A stretch of 63,073 bases of DNA, counting the filler, from Kipferlia bialata (Eukaryota), in the NCBI GenBank assembly GCA_003568945.1. It is 7 parts of 6 records of this genome, joined end to end, with 100 filler letters (N's around TTAATTAATTAA, not from the genome) between each part and the next. Parts side by side here need not be neighbours in the genome. Positions count along the whole stretch, not along the records: positions 41,877 to 56,516 come from BDIP01000795.1; positions 56,617 to 61,761 come from BDIP01000796.1; positions 61,862 to 63,073 come from BDIP01000913.1; 4 more parts are not named here. One strand, 5' to 3'. A program made the position numbers and the translations under genes. Shown here piece after piece: positions 51,037 to 63,026 of this stretch; position 1 is the first letter of the stretch; each line of letters begins with the position of its first letter. The notes beneath the pieces were generated by a model. It was not told where the DNA came from. It searched no databases and saw nothing but the letters and a program-made list of their open reading frames with translations.

Positions 51037-53365
51037 ATGATTCGGATCCCTCTCAGGCCGGTGTCTCTTACAAATGTGCCTGACGGTGACGGCAGAATGG
51101 TGCGTGTAGGGCTGAACCAGGTGTGTGTGGAAAATACCTTCATGCGGCATACATACACATCGATGAAGATATGTACACACTAACTGTGTGCTGTAGTTGT
51201 GTGTCAGTCTTGTGATGGGGTAGCAATGACATGTGTATACGCCATGGTGAGTATCTGTCGTTCGAATTCTCATCATGCCTCCCCAAGCTAACCATGGATT
51301 GATTCACTCTGACTTCCCTTCTCTCTCTCTCTTTCTCCACTTATGTTGCATCTCTTGGGGTTTCATATGCGTCTACATCCTAGTTTCCTCTTACCTCTTC
51401 ATCTTCACTCCTCTCTCTCATGTCAGTGATAGATCTCTCCCTGTGTCTCCCTCCTCTCTCAAGCCTGTTATATCTTGCTGTCTGTCTCCCTCCTCTCTCA
51501 TAGCAGGCCATGTGGGTGGGTCACTAATATCCCTCTCAGTATCACTATACCTTTGGTATTTCTGTCTTCTCTCTCTATCTCTTTCATCTCTCTCTCCGTA
51601 CTTGGTGATGATCTGTCTCTCTTCTGGTGCTTCTCTCCCTCAACACTAGGCCATGTGAGAGGTGCACGCCTCTCGTCTTTATTATCTCTCTCTTCTCTCT
51701 CCATATCGCTGTTCTCTCTCTCAACATTAAGTATTCTGGGTAGGGCACATTCAGGTCATGCCTCGTATTTCTCCATTCTCTCTCATGTGACATGAGAGTC
51801 TCATGTCTAATAGACAGTCTCAAATTGAGACTCAATAATATTAATTAATTTATATATCTCCTCTGAGAGGAGATATTGAAAGACAGGACTCCTCTCTCTC
51901 AATACTAAGTGATGGTCTCTATTATATGTCTAATCTCTCTCATCATTAGGTCCTGTGGGTGGGGCACATTCAGGACAAGGGCCTGGGTGGCCGTTACGCA
52001 AGCTACAACAATCGCAGTGTGTACTCTCTTATCCTCACAAGGTATATGCTCCACCCCATTGTATGCCGGTGACTCTGTCTCTCTTAGGGTCCCTCGTATA
52101 ATCTAGAATGTGACCAACATGGTTCTCTCTCTCTCTCTCTCTCTGATTTCAACACTATTAACTTACTCCCTATATCTTCACTATTAGAAATGCTGACGGA
52201 ACCTACGATGAGGAGATCAGTCTTGCGCCCTGTGGTGCCAGGTACGTATGTATATGGAAATATGTGTAATATACTATATACTGGTATACACTAGTATATC
52301 TAAGAGAATCGCTCATTCAGAAAGTCAAATATTTATGATATATACAGATCATAACATATATGATATAACAGATCATATGTATACAATATGCTAGATATAT
52401 GACATTGTGTATCATATATATATGTGGGTATTGGACACCGAACACTGATGCCAGCGTTCACCTACATTGTGTGGGTGGTTATGTCTACGCATTTTGGAGC
52501 AGTTTCGGCGGTCACCAACCCAGTGACTATCTGGACGTGTTCGACTTGGCCACAAGAGTGTGGCTGCCCTCCTCACGCAACTCTCTCAAGTGGACGTCCA
52601 TGATGATTCATGGTCTGTTTCCGCTTGGAGACAGGTCAGTGACTTCTGAGTAGAGTCTTCTCTCTCTCTGGTTGTCCAGGACTCATGGGAGGTTCTGCCT
52701 AGCTCTCTCAGACTTTTCCACTTTGATCATCTTTTGGCACACCGTTCCTTCTACTGAAAGTTTTGGCTCACACTAGGCTGGTTCTGCATGGAAACAGCTT
52801 CAGGTGCCCTCGCACTGTTGCATATTCACCAGACACGGGCATACCATCTCACATCTCGTTGCCTATACCCAGAGGTCAGTCCGAGTATCATGTGGCAGCT
52901 GACAACGGCTCTGCCTATCTGATTGACATAGACGGACACATTGCTTACGTGTCGGAAAGGTCCGGATACATCCCCCTAGCTTCTCCCAGCGGACACAAAG
53001 TATCCACCGCATGTTTTCACGAGGGAGTCATTTGGACAGTGGGCCCAACTAAGGAGAATGCTCTGCAACAAAGATGGAGAGAGAGGGAGAGGGAGGGAGA
53101 GGTCTGTCTGCTACTCGACCAGTACTCATGTGTCTCTGGTGAGTGGGGTCCCGCCTATCGCCTAGTCTTCCCTGATAGTGTGACTAAGCCAGTCGGTGCG
53201 TTCAGAGCACAGAGCCTGTGTGTACAAGACGATGGCTCAGCTCTACTTGCAGTCACGTCAGGAGACTTCTGCAGGGCAGTTGTGTATACCTTTGACATTC
53301 CCTGTGGCGATGCCCCGGGCGAGGGAGAGTGCACTTACAAACGTTCTGATCCATCACACTTCTAG
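51037..53365 (+). CDS. Intron-containing beta-propeller-like family member, 5 exons
   Basis: MIRIPLRPVSLTNVPDGDGRMVRVGLNQ|VLWVGHIQ...LILTR|NADGTYDEE...|VHLHCVGGYVY...VFDLATRVW...|LVLHG...VAYSPDTG... splices in frame. Confidence 0.75.
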
Positions 53366-53589
53366 ATGGACCACGGTTCTTACTGGGACTGCGATGATCT
53401 CTCCGTTCTTGAAGTAGTTGAATATATACATACAAGATACATGAGTTATGGAATATGAAGACTTTCTTCGAATGCGCTGACCCTTTCTGAAAGCCTCCAT
53501 GTCTTGTCTTTTGGTGTCTATTGAGGCATCTTCCACGTAGCCGTGAAGTGAATATGTATATACGTGCACGGCATATGTCAGTCAAATCT

Positions 53590-55882
53590 CTACACGATTG
53601 CAGCCACGCTCTTCTTCCGCGTAGCGATGTGGTGCATGAGTAGGTAGAGCCAGGGCATAGCGCAGTTCCACTCTAGGAGTGCATTAGAGACAAGGGTCAT
53701 GAGCCATGGGGACTCAGAGACTAGGCCATCTGTGGTGGTGGTGGTGGGCCTCAGACCAGTGAAGGCAAGGCAGACCTGAAGATGAGCACGTTACTTCTTA
53801 AGAATTAGATTCACAACATAGTTGAATGACCCAGCCTGTATACTCATCACAGATAATGACACTGATACTGATACTGAGTCAGTGTGCCACCCTCCACCTA
53901 CCTCAAACACAGACTCAACTCCGGTACCAATGGCAAAGACGGACAGGACCTGGTGTCAAAAGTTCAGTGAGACAAAAGTGGGAGTATATGGAACAGTCAG
54001 GGTATCTGAACAATGATGGATAAGTATATATACATGTCGATATAGAGAGAGAGAGTTCAACGGACAGAGACAGATACCTCTGTGGGTGTTGTGTGTCTGC
54101 TGCCGAGTAGCACTAGGTAACCAACTGCAGCACTCAGAAACATGGCCCATCTGGGGGTAAGAGAATGGCACAGGATGAAAGTGCTATTGATATACGGCGG
54201 TAGAAATACAGAGAATGACATGCATTGCGAGACTGTCGAAATATACACTGACCATACCTCGAGTCCGACATCACTCTGCTGATGGTTGTAACATGGTCAG
54301 TCATGGGGTAGGCCTAGGGTAAGAAGGCCAAGACATAGGTGAAGAGGGTTCTGTGACAGAACTTCTGGCATTCAGTGTGAGTATTGTATACATGTGACAT
54401 ATATAGTGTATGTCTCACCTTGTCGAGCAGGCCAGGCACAGTCTGCACCGTGATGAAGAGCACACAGTAGAAGGCTCTACCCAGGTCCCTGTTACGCTTG
54501 TCACACTTCTCACACACATTGCTAGTCAGAGTGACACCCTCTACCTCAGCCTCAGCCTGGGGCTCAGGTCTCACTGCCAGTAGGTCAGGTACCTCAACAC
54601 AGGGTGTCTCTGGTTCTAGTACCACACCAACATGGGGGGCACATGTCGGGTCTGGGACAGGTGCAACAGGTACTATGCTTGAAGGTCTAGATGGGCTAGA
54701 GAGTGTAGAGTTGGTGAGGGAGGGGAATGTCTTGCGGAGCATGAGCATGACAAAGGAGGGGTGCACAACCCCTGAGAGTGAGACAGTGGCTGTCACTGAC
54801 AGAATGTAGTTGTGATTGGGCATGTACTATACTCTGTTATGGCCCAAAACTAATGGTTATGTATTTACACCGGTATTATGAGTGCGTGTGCTAATATATA
54901 CCTGTGAGAGATGAGAGCCAGAGTAGCAGCCACTTGGCACTGATCTCAGAGTCCACGGTCCTGATAAGTCAGAGGATCGTGATTACACATCAAAGAGATA
55001 GTGTGTGGTGTATTGAAGTGATGTTGTAACATGATCATTCACCTTGTTCCCTTCCAGCAGTACCAGATACCGTAGTCCACTGCGTAGTAGATCACAAGGC
55101 CCACTGCACCCAGGGCAAGGGCATGGTACTCACGCTAAGGGTGGGAATAGACACATATATATATAAATACACTGATGTATGTATTATGTTTGAGATGTGT
55201 AGACAGAGTGGAAAGCCCAACTGCACCCAGCGCAAGGGCATGGTACTCACGCTGGAGGTCAGTGCATAGTCTATACTATAGACAGTCATTCCACATGTAT
55301 ATATGGTTAGTATCTATATGGAGATAGTTCTACTGCACCCAGGACAAGGGCATGGTACTCACGCTTAGTATTGGGATAGACACTCACGTATAGCTAGATA
55401 TATATAGAGAGAGTATGTTTAGATAGTGGTATTACCCACTGCACCCAGGGCAAGTGCGTGGTACTCACGCTGGGGGGAAGTAGAACAAAGTATTCACTCA
55501 TATTACATGAGAGAATATATTATATGAGTGTACGATGGTATCGGACAGCTAGCAACCAGTGGTATCAGTACCTTGTAGGCCAGGAGTGCCACCCACACAC
55601 AGAGAGCAGAGATGTCAGCTGAAGGTTAGAATAACAAAGTGTATGTTAGAGAGTTACAAGTTATCACACTTGTAACTCTCTAACATACACTTGTCAAGTG
55701 TGTATACCAGAAATTCTGGTCCAGAATGTATACCTATACATGTATACCAATACACAGGGCAGTGATGTCAGCTGGGATCAGAGGAACTAAACATATCATG
55801 AGAGACTTACCAATGTGTATGGTTGATGTATACCTATGATGTAGGTCCCTGTGAACTGTCTGCACACCACATCAGCAGACAT
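53590..55882 (-). CDS. Polytopic membrane protein resembling an uncharacterised prokaryotic family, ~9 exons
   Basis: In-frame splice: MSADVVCRQFTGTYII...LLAYK|REYHALALGAVGLVIYYAVDYGIWYCWKGTR|TVDSEISAKWLLLWLSSLTG|VVHPSF...|AYPMTDHVTTISRVMSDSR|WAMFLSAAVGYLVLL|VLSVFAIGTGVESVFE|VCLAFTGLRP...TLVSNALLEWNCAMPWLYLL...*. Confidence 0.75.
55637..55692. repeat. Perfect 25-bp inverted repeat with 6-nt loop inside an intron
   Basis: AAGTGTATGTTAGAGAGTTACAAGT-tatcac-ACTTGTAACTCTCTAACATACACTT. Confidence 0.95.
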
Positions 55883-56664
55883 GTCAGTCTAGTACACACC
55901 AGTGGCTTAGAGGAGAGGTGTCATGTCAAGAGTCCTTATCAGTTACTGTAGAGAGACAGTCACTGAGAGTCTGTCAACAGTGATCTTGAGAGTGTCAACA
56001 GTTGTCACAGTTGATGGTGACAAGTTGTCACTGTTGACTCAACAGTGTGGAGTCAACTGTGAGTTCAGCCATCAGTCTCTTGAAGAGACTCTCTTCCTAT
56101 TAGTGAGAAAGAGACTACGTCTGTGATTTTAGCCTAACCGTCTTCACCCTCATTAGACCCCGATGCTCAACCACGGAGTCCATGGTCCATGGACCCTGCC
56201 AACACTCTCATACCTGTCTCTCTGATTCGCCTCTCGATTCTACAGTCGAATCGACACCGCAGCGATTCTTCTGTCGGTTGTAGAGGCCGAGTCAGACAGG
56301 CAGTGGAGGCTGGTAGGTGGGTATGGAATTTAGAGGTGGTAGTAATGTACTGGAGAAGAGGTCAAGGTATAGTGAGCATCTCTTTGTACAGTCTGCTGGA
56401 TTCAAAGTGAATACGATCATGTACCGGTGGTACCTTACCCAGGCATGGTAAAATTGGGAATACTTCCCAACCTTCCCAATCCACTTAGATTGGGACGTTG
56501 CCGAGAACGAAAATGGNNNNNNNNNNNNNNNNNNNNNNNNNNNNNNNNNNNNNNNNNNNNTTAATTAATTAANNNNNNNNNNNNNNNNNNNNNNNNNNNN
56601 NNNNNNNNNNNNNNNNTTCTCCTTCCTTTTTCCCCCCCCCCCCCCCCCCCCGCTCTCCCCCCAG

Positions 56665-58968
56665 TGTGTCACCTATTGGGAGGTGTTCCAGAGTACAGAC
56701 TGGACTCTGGCAGCCAGGTATGGTAAGGGGGGGGGGGGAGACAGGACCATCGTATATGCACACCGACACATTATTAGATATACTGTTTTTTGCTTAGTGG
56801 GAGGCCAGGGAAACCATGGCCTGTATGGACAATACACTCCTCTCTCCCCTCACCCCAGGCTCGACTGTTCTGTACGGAAGGCCAGAAAGCTCAAGTCGGC
56901 ACTGAGTGAGTTGTTCCTCAGGTATGGCTTCTCTCTTATGTACTTGTATTACCACTCGAGACCCTTGGTATTCTACTCGGTGTCTCCTGCCATACATGTC
57001 CACCTCCACGTCTGCCAATGTGAGTGCAAGACATTATAGAATACTCATACAGATCGAACCCCCACTTTCGCGTCCTTCCCCCCGAGTTTCTGCCAGAGAG
57101 ACTGCACCCCAGGTATATGGAAACCACCTCTACCCACCCTGTACTGTCTTGAGCAGTATCGATATACTGCGAATACACGGCCATAATTATTACCCTCATG
57201 CTTATCCTGGTTATGTATGTGAATCTTACTACTTATCTCTCACCCCATGCTTGCCCTGGATGGGGGTGCCATTGACCAGGGTCTGCTAGGTGGCAGGGGC
57301 CTCAAGATGGGGAGGTGCGGCGCTATCATATTATTATACACATCCCCCATTAGTCGTTCCGACTAGTATATTGTGTTGTGAGTGCCATCTCACCCCCAGG
57401 ATCTATGAGCTGAGTGGTGAGGCCGCAGCCTGCAAGACACAGGTAAGGCACATAGAGATCTACACTGTTCTATCAACTCCCCGACACATATACCCTATCT
57501 CTAATGTCTCTCTCCCACCCCAGATTGTGTGCAGTCTCTTAGTCCGTGCCCAGTTGCCTGTCAGCAGAGGTGGGCTGGGGGGGTCGGCACTCATAGTCTA
57601 CACAGAGGTGGGGGGCTCTCTTCATACCACTGTCCCCTCATCTTACATATTTACCATATACATACTATATATAGATTCATAGTGCACACTGAGGCATGTA
57701 GATAGCGTCGCAATCCGTGTGTGTCTCCCCTCACCGCCAGGGCTCCTTCCCCGCTGAGAGGACCATGCAGGTGGCCAGGGGGCTAGGGACAGGGATGGAC
57801 CCCATGGCCAATCTGCTAGGTATATATGGCATGTATACATATTCATATTACTCTATCCACCACTATATTCATGACCCCCACCCCCTCACCCAGTGAAGCC
57901 TGCCATCACGGCTGAAGACCTCCATGCCACGATGGTCACAGGTCTAGGCCAGGTGCTGTCCAGCTCATTCAACAACCCGGCCCAGCTGCCAGTCAGGTAC
58001 GGAGATACTCACATATACATAGGGACACTCAAGTGTATTCACCCGCCCTGCCCTCTGACCCAGGCTGGTGATCATCGACAGCCTGGCTGCCCCCCTCCGG
58101 ACCAGATACGACAGAGACGAGATGGGGGAGAGGCAGACCATCATCGAGGTAGGCATAGCATAGGGTATTCCATCTGTGAGTGTGTCTATAGGACATGATG
58201 ATGCGGTATTGGAATTGTTTTGATTGTACCTCCCCTCCCATCCCCAGGATATCTTCTCTGCCATCCGTCTCCAGATGAGGAGCCATGCCTTTGTGTGCTT
58301 GATCACCAACCAGGTGACTGATCTCTTTGACCCAGAGCCAGAGTATGCAGCCAGGTATGGTGTACAAAGTGTTGTGTCAGTGTGTGAACAATAATGTTTG
58401 CTCAGGTCATCCTCTCCCACCCGTAGGCTGTTAGAGATGGCAGCTGACAATGTGTTCCCAGGGGTAGATCCTCACAATGCACCAGGGGACCCAAGAGATA
58501 AGGTTCATAGTACTCAAGTATATACACTAGAACACTGGGCAGTGTAAGTACCCTCAGTATCCTCTGTATACCCCGTTACCCCCTCACTGCAGGTGCTGAG
58601 CAGTGGCCGGTACATGACCCCTGCCCTCGGTGCCACTCTATCCAAGCACTACGACACAAGACTCATGGCGGCAAAGGGAAGGTGGGTAGAATGGACACAT
58701 ATGAGATAGTAATATCTCCTACCATGCGTCCCTTTCATCTCCCTCTGACCCCCAGGCCTGTCATGAACACGGGTGCCCTTACTACCCGGTCTCTACACCT
58801 GCTGTGGGACAGGGAGAGAGACCTCACACCCGGAAAGGTGAGTGGTATAACTTCGATAATGTATGAATCGATTCACATCTATGTACCCTTGATAGTTGTT
58901 TTGCTGTGGCCTCACTCCAGGTGTCCTTTGTGGTCACTGAGAGTGGGGTGGTGGGGGTGGAGGAGTAA
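56665..58968 (+). CDS. XRCC3: Rad51 paralog, XRCC3-like; 5' end in gap
   Basis: RLALDGGAIDQGLLGGRGL, IYELSGEAAACKTQ (Walker A region), RAQLPVSRGGLGGSALIVYTEGSFPAER, RLVIIDSLAA (Walker B), CLITNQVTD, PALG; ends VSFVVTESGVVGVEE*. Confidence 0.85.
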
Positions 58969-59582
58969 GGAGGGCCCCGTTACAACAGTAGGTGTCGACA
59001 GTGGAGGCAGGAGGCAACTCACCCTCAAGCAGTCATATGCTGCGACCTCACATGGTATCTGCTGATGGTGTATGGAAGAAGAAGTGACCCGGCTAGACCC
59101 TGATGAACATCCCATGCGGGGTGTGCTACCATGAATCCAGTCAGATGGGTGTCTGTATCAATGCCACGTGGCCAGACCGGCACCATGGCTATCCCATTTG
59201 GCCATGGTATGGGGTCGGCATGTCTTTATACGTATATATACCATACGTAGAAGCAGCGACCCAGCCAGAGTGGAGGCTTATAGTGGACTGATGCCTGGAG
59301 AGTGTGTTCAGTGGTGTGGATAGGCAGGTTCAGGGGGGGATACCAGCCGCCTGTATTCACTCCTCTCCTCCTTCCAATACTCTTGTGGAGTCACTCTTGA
59401 GACATGTATCATATTATGATCGCTTACAGCTGGCTAATAGAGTGATCTCTCCCATTCTTCTCACTTACTGTGCTACTATTTGAACTAGGTTGTTCTATTA
59501 AATAGGGTTGGCAGTATCATACACGTTCCTCGACCGTTCGTGCCTTTAGCCCATGTCTAAATGTTTGCAATACTAGCGTATC

Positions 59583-62020
59583 TCACTCACTGTGGGTGTG
59601 GTGCGGGGACTGTCTAGAGTGAGTCAAGCGGATATGGAAGTATTCAGTCCGGTATAATCACTGCAACCCCACCTGTCCCTGCATCTGTCCGTGCTGTCCC
59701 CCCTGGGTATGGGTATGGGCATGTGCCTCAGCAGAGGGGTGGGGTCTGAAAGAGGGGGCTCCCTCGGGGACATGCTGGGGTCAGAAGGCATGATGATGGG
59801 TATTTGGTATCTACATAATACACATATACACATATACACACGGTCATCCACACACACATGACTACATACGTAAAGAGACAACCCCACCTGTTCCACGGGA
59901 GCTGAGGAGTACTGGCTAGTGGGAAGCTGGGGTGGGAGGGAGAAAGGAGAGGAAATATGGATGTGTTAACAATATGGGAGACACAGTATTTGTTGGGTAT
60001 ACATATTGTGTACCTGCTGTTCGGGTCCTCTCTCTCTCTGCCCCCTCTCTCTCTGTGTGTTGATCTGGCCTGGGTGCTGGAAGTCTATCCCCAGACTGGC
60101 CATGGCCATGCACAGCTGGGGTGAGGAGGGGAGAGTGTGTATATATATAGAGAGAGAGAGGGCAACAGGGGGTCAGAAGGAGAATGGGGTAGCAATGAAT
60201 AGAGTCCACCCACCTTTCTGAACCTGTCAAAGAGGGCAGGTGGGAGGTCTGTCCTGGCCAAGATGTGGTTGAGGCCACTGACTACACCTGGCAGGGCATT
60301 CACCACAGCCACCAGACACCGGCCCTCCCTGAGGGTGAGACAGAGGAAGGGGGAGACATGGTAATAATAGTAAGTGCCACCTCACTGGCAGCATGGCCTC
60401 TGCTCATATGTATGCTCTATCTCTCTCTCTCGCTATATATACACATATACTCTCTCTATATCCTATCAGCCCATACCTGACAGGCAGCATGGCCTCTACC
60501 AGTGCCAGTCCAACAGACAGTCTCACAGCAGAGGTCTGCATGTCGGCAGAGTTGTCGGTGAGGGCCCTGGGTGGGTGAGAAGGGATGAGATGTCGGATAG
60601 ATAATGTGTCCTCTGATGAGAGTTAGAGTGGACACACACTCTCACTCACTTCAGGGCCAAGGTTGATATGAGCTCATTGGCTCCCAGCATAGGTCTGTTA
60701 TCGGACCTGGGGGTGAGGGTACAAGTAATAAGGGGAGATAAGGGGAAGCACAACATCCAGAGGCAAATACATATATCTGTGTGCAAGTGGTATGCCCCTA
60801 CCTCAGTGCAGGGCATGTCTTGATGAGTCTGGAGGAGAGGGGGTCGACCTGGGGGTACACAGCCTCGGACAGGGTCATGAAGGGGTAGTCCCTGGGGTCA
60901 GAAAGGGGGGTGGATAGGTGACCAACCAACTATGACACAATATGTATGATATATGCCCACCTTATGAGCAGAGCCAGTGTTGCCTCCACCCTTGGGGACA
61001 GGGGGTGGCCAGAGGCAATGAGTCTGGCGAGAGTGCCTGGAGGGTTAGGGAGACAGGGAGGATGCATAGCACAAGACAGGTAAACGCACTAGGCCTATAC
61101 AGACATCAATACAAATAATATATATACACATCAATACAAATTGTATATACACATCTATATACATTCTATATACATTCTACATACCCACTAGCGTTGTGAC
61201 ACAGAACATGGCGGGTGCTGTCTGGTGGAGTCTATCCCCCAGGGCACACACTATCCTGAGGGAGATGTCCAGGAGAGAGGTGGCAACGGGGGAGTGGGCA
61301 CGCAGCCTAGGGGGTGAGAGACTCGTCTCGGTGGGTGCCATATGCTACACAAGATACAACAGTATATATACATATATATGAATGTATATATATATATATA
61401 TGTACAAACCTGGACGCCCTCTCCATGTCGTACAGCCTTGTGAGCTGTGTCACCCTCAGGAACTGCACCCAGTCCTGGAACCTGCCAATGCCGGTGGGGG
61501 CCTGGGGGTCAGGGGTGGAGAGGGTCGCATCGTGCGAGATATGATCCAGATACAGGTAACAAAGAGCACACATAGACGAGAATCTATGAGAACTATTGTA
61601 CAATATCCTATACTGTGGTACCATGTACTGTCTGCCCCCCACCTGTATCCATATCTCTGTGTCCATGTTGGACTGCAGGGCACCCAGCATGTGGGCCAGA
61701 CACACACAGAGTAGCCTGGGTGAGAAGGGGGGGGGGGGGGGGGGTTGAGGAAAACAGGGGANNNNNNNNNNNNNNNNNNNNNNNNNNNNNNNNNNNNNNN
61801 NNNNNTTAATTAATTAANNNNNNNNNNNNNNNNNNNNNNNNNNNNNNNNNNNNNNNNNNNNGGGGGGGTGGCCGCTCCCGGCCCCGCCCTCCTTGCCTGA
61901 CCCCCTGTCCGACACCGACACGGGCATGCCCACCCAGGACAGAGACTCCTCCGCTCCGTCCTCCGAGGTGTCCTCCTCAGCATCCTCCACCTCGGTCACG
62001 CGGGTGGCCTCGGCCGCTCT

Positions 62021-62063
<43 letters not shown>

Positions 62064-63026
62064 CCTATGGATGCAAATGCCTTGATGGGCAGGAGCTGGG
62101 CCACCACGGCCGGGTTGGGTGTGGTGGCAGAGCTGGACGAGGACGACACGTCGTAGGAGTCCTGCCTACTAGTGCCAACGTCGATGTGTGCTGGACGCCC
62201 GGCAGAGGCAGAGGCAGAGGCAGAGGCTGCGGCCCCCATGTGGAGGGCAAAGCTGTGTCTGCTGGGGTGTGAGAACACACCAGTAAACAATGTGGAGGAT
62301 GGGGTGTCAATATCGGAATCAAAATATCTCAGAGGGTATATGAGTGACACGAAGAATGTGCAGCAGTCACTGATTAGGCCACTCACCCGTCGACTGGAAT
62401 AGTGTCCACAGCCCCATCCTTCTCTCTTTCTCCAGACTCGACTGAGTAGTGACTGGACCTCGCCGAAGACGGGACACTCCTGTGGTTAGGGCTATGTACA
62501 TGCATGCTGAGGGTGTATATATATATAGGGTGTACACAGACACGAAGAGCACTCACTCTCTAGATGCTGTCTGGAATGATTCCCGGTCGTCACTGCAGCT
62601 GGTGGGCGCAGAGGGCGACACTGGTGAGTCCGTCCGGGTGCCCATAGACCACACGTCTGAAGTTAGAGATGAGAGGACAGACACGAGATGAAATGCCAAC
62701 ACTGAGACCATATGCTGTGTGCATCTCACCCGAGGTTGAGTTCTGCTTGAACACGATCGGATTGAACTCGGGGATCATCCCCTCGATCCTGCTGGACTGG
62801 GGGAGGGGGTGGGAGCGGGTCCCACTGGGGTTAGGGGGAGGCAAGGTGAGACCAAAGCATATATACACACATATATACACACTATGGTGGAGACAGTCCC
62901 AATACCAAAGATGCTACAATGCATATCCTCATAGTGTCACCTGCACCCCCCAGTCACAGTGGCTGCGTCCTGTCTCACCGACCAGCACTTGGGGCACACA
63001 CACGTGCACGTGGAGGCACCGGTCTG
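59583..63026 (-). CDS. Multi-exon hypothetical protein(s), helical C-terminal part; crosses the 61762-61861 gap
   Basis: Exons with canonical fused acceptors: RFQDWVQFLRVTQLTRLYDMERASR, DYPFMTLSEAVYPQVDPLSSRL; ends QSPHHTHSE*. Continuity across the gap is unproven. Confidence 0.5.

Noticed and set aside
56922..57096. Extra XRCC3 exons needing CG/GA or GAG acceptors
   Set aside because: A simpler canonical model (CTCATACAG acceptor at 57052, 60-nt exon) keeps the frame
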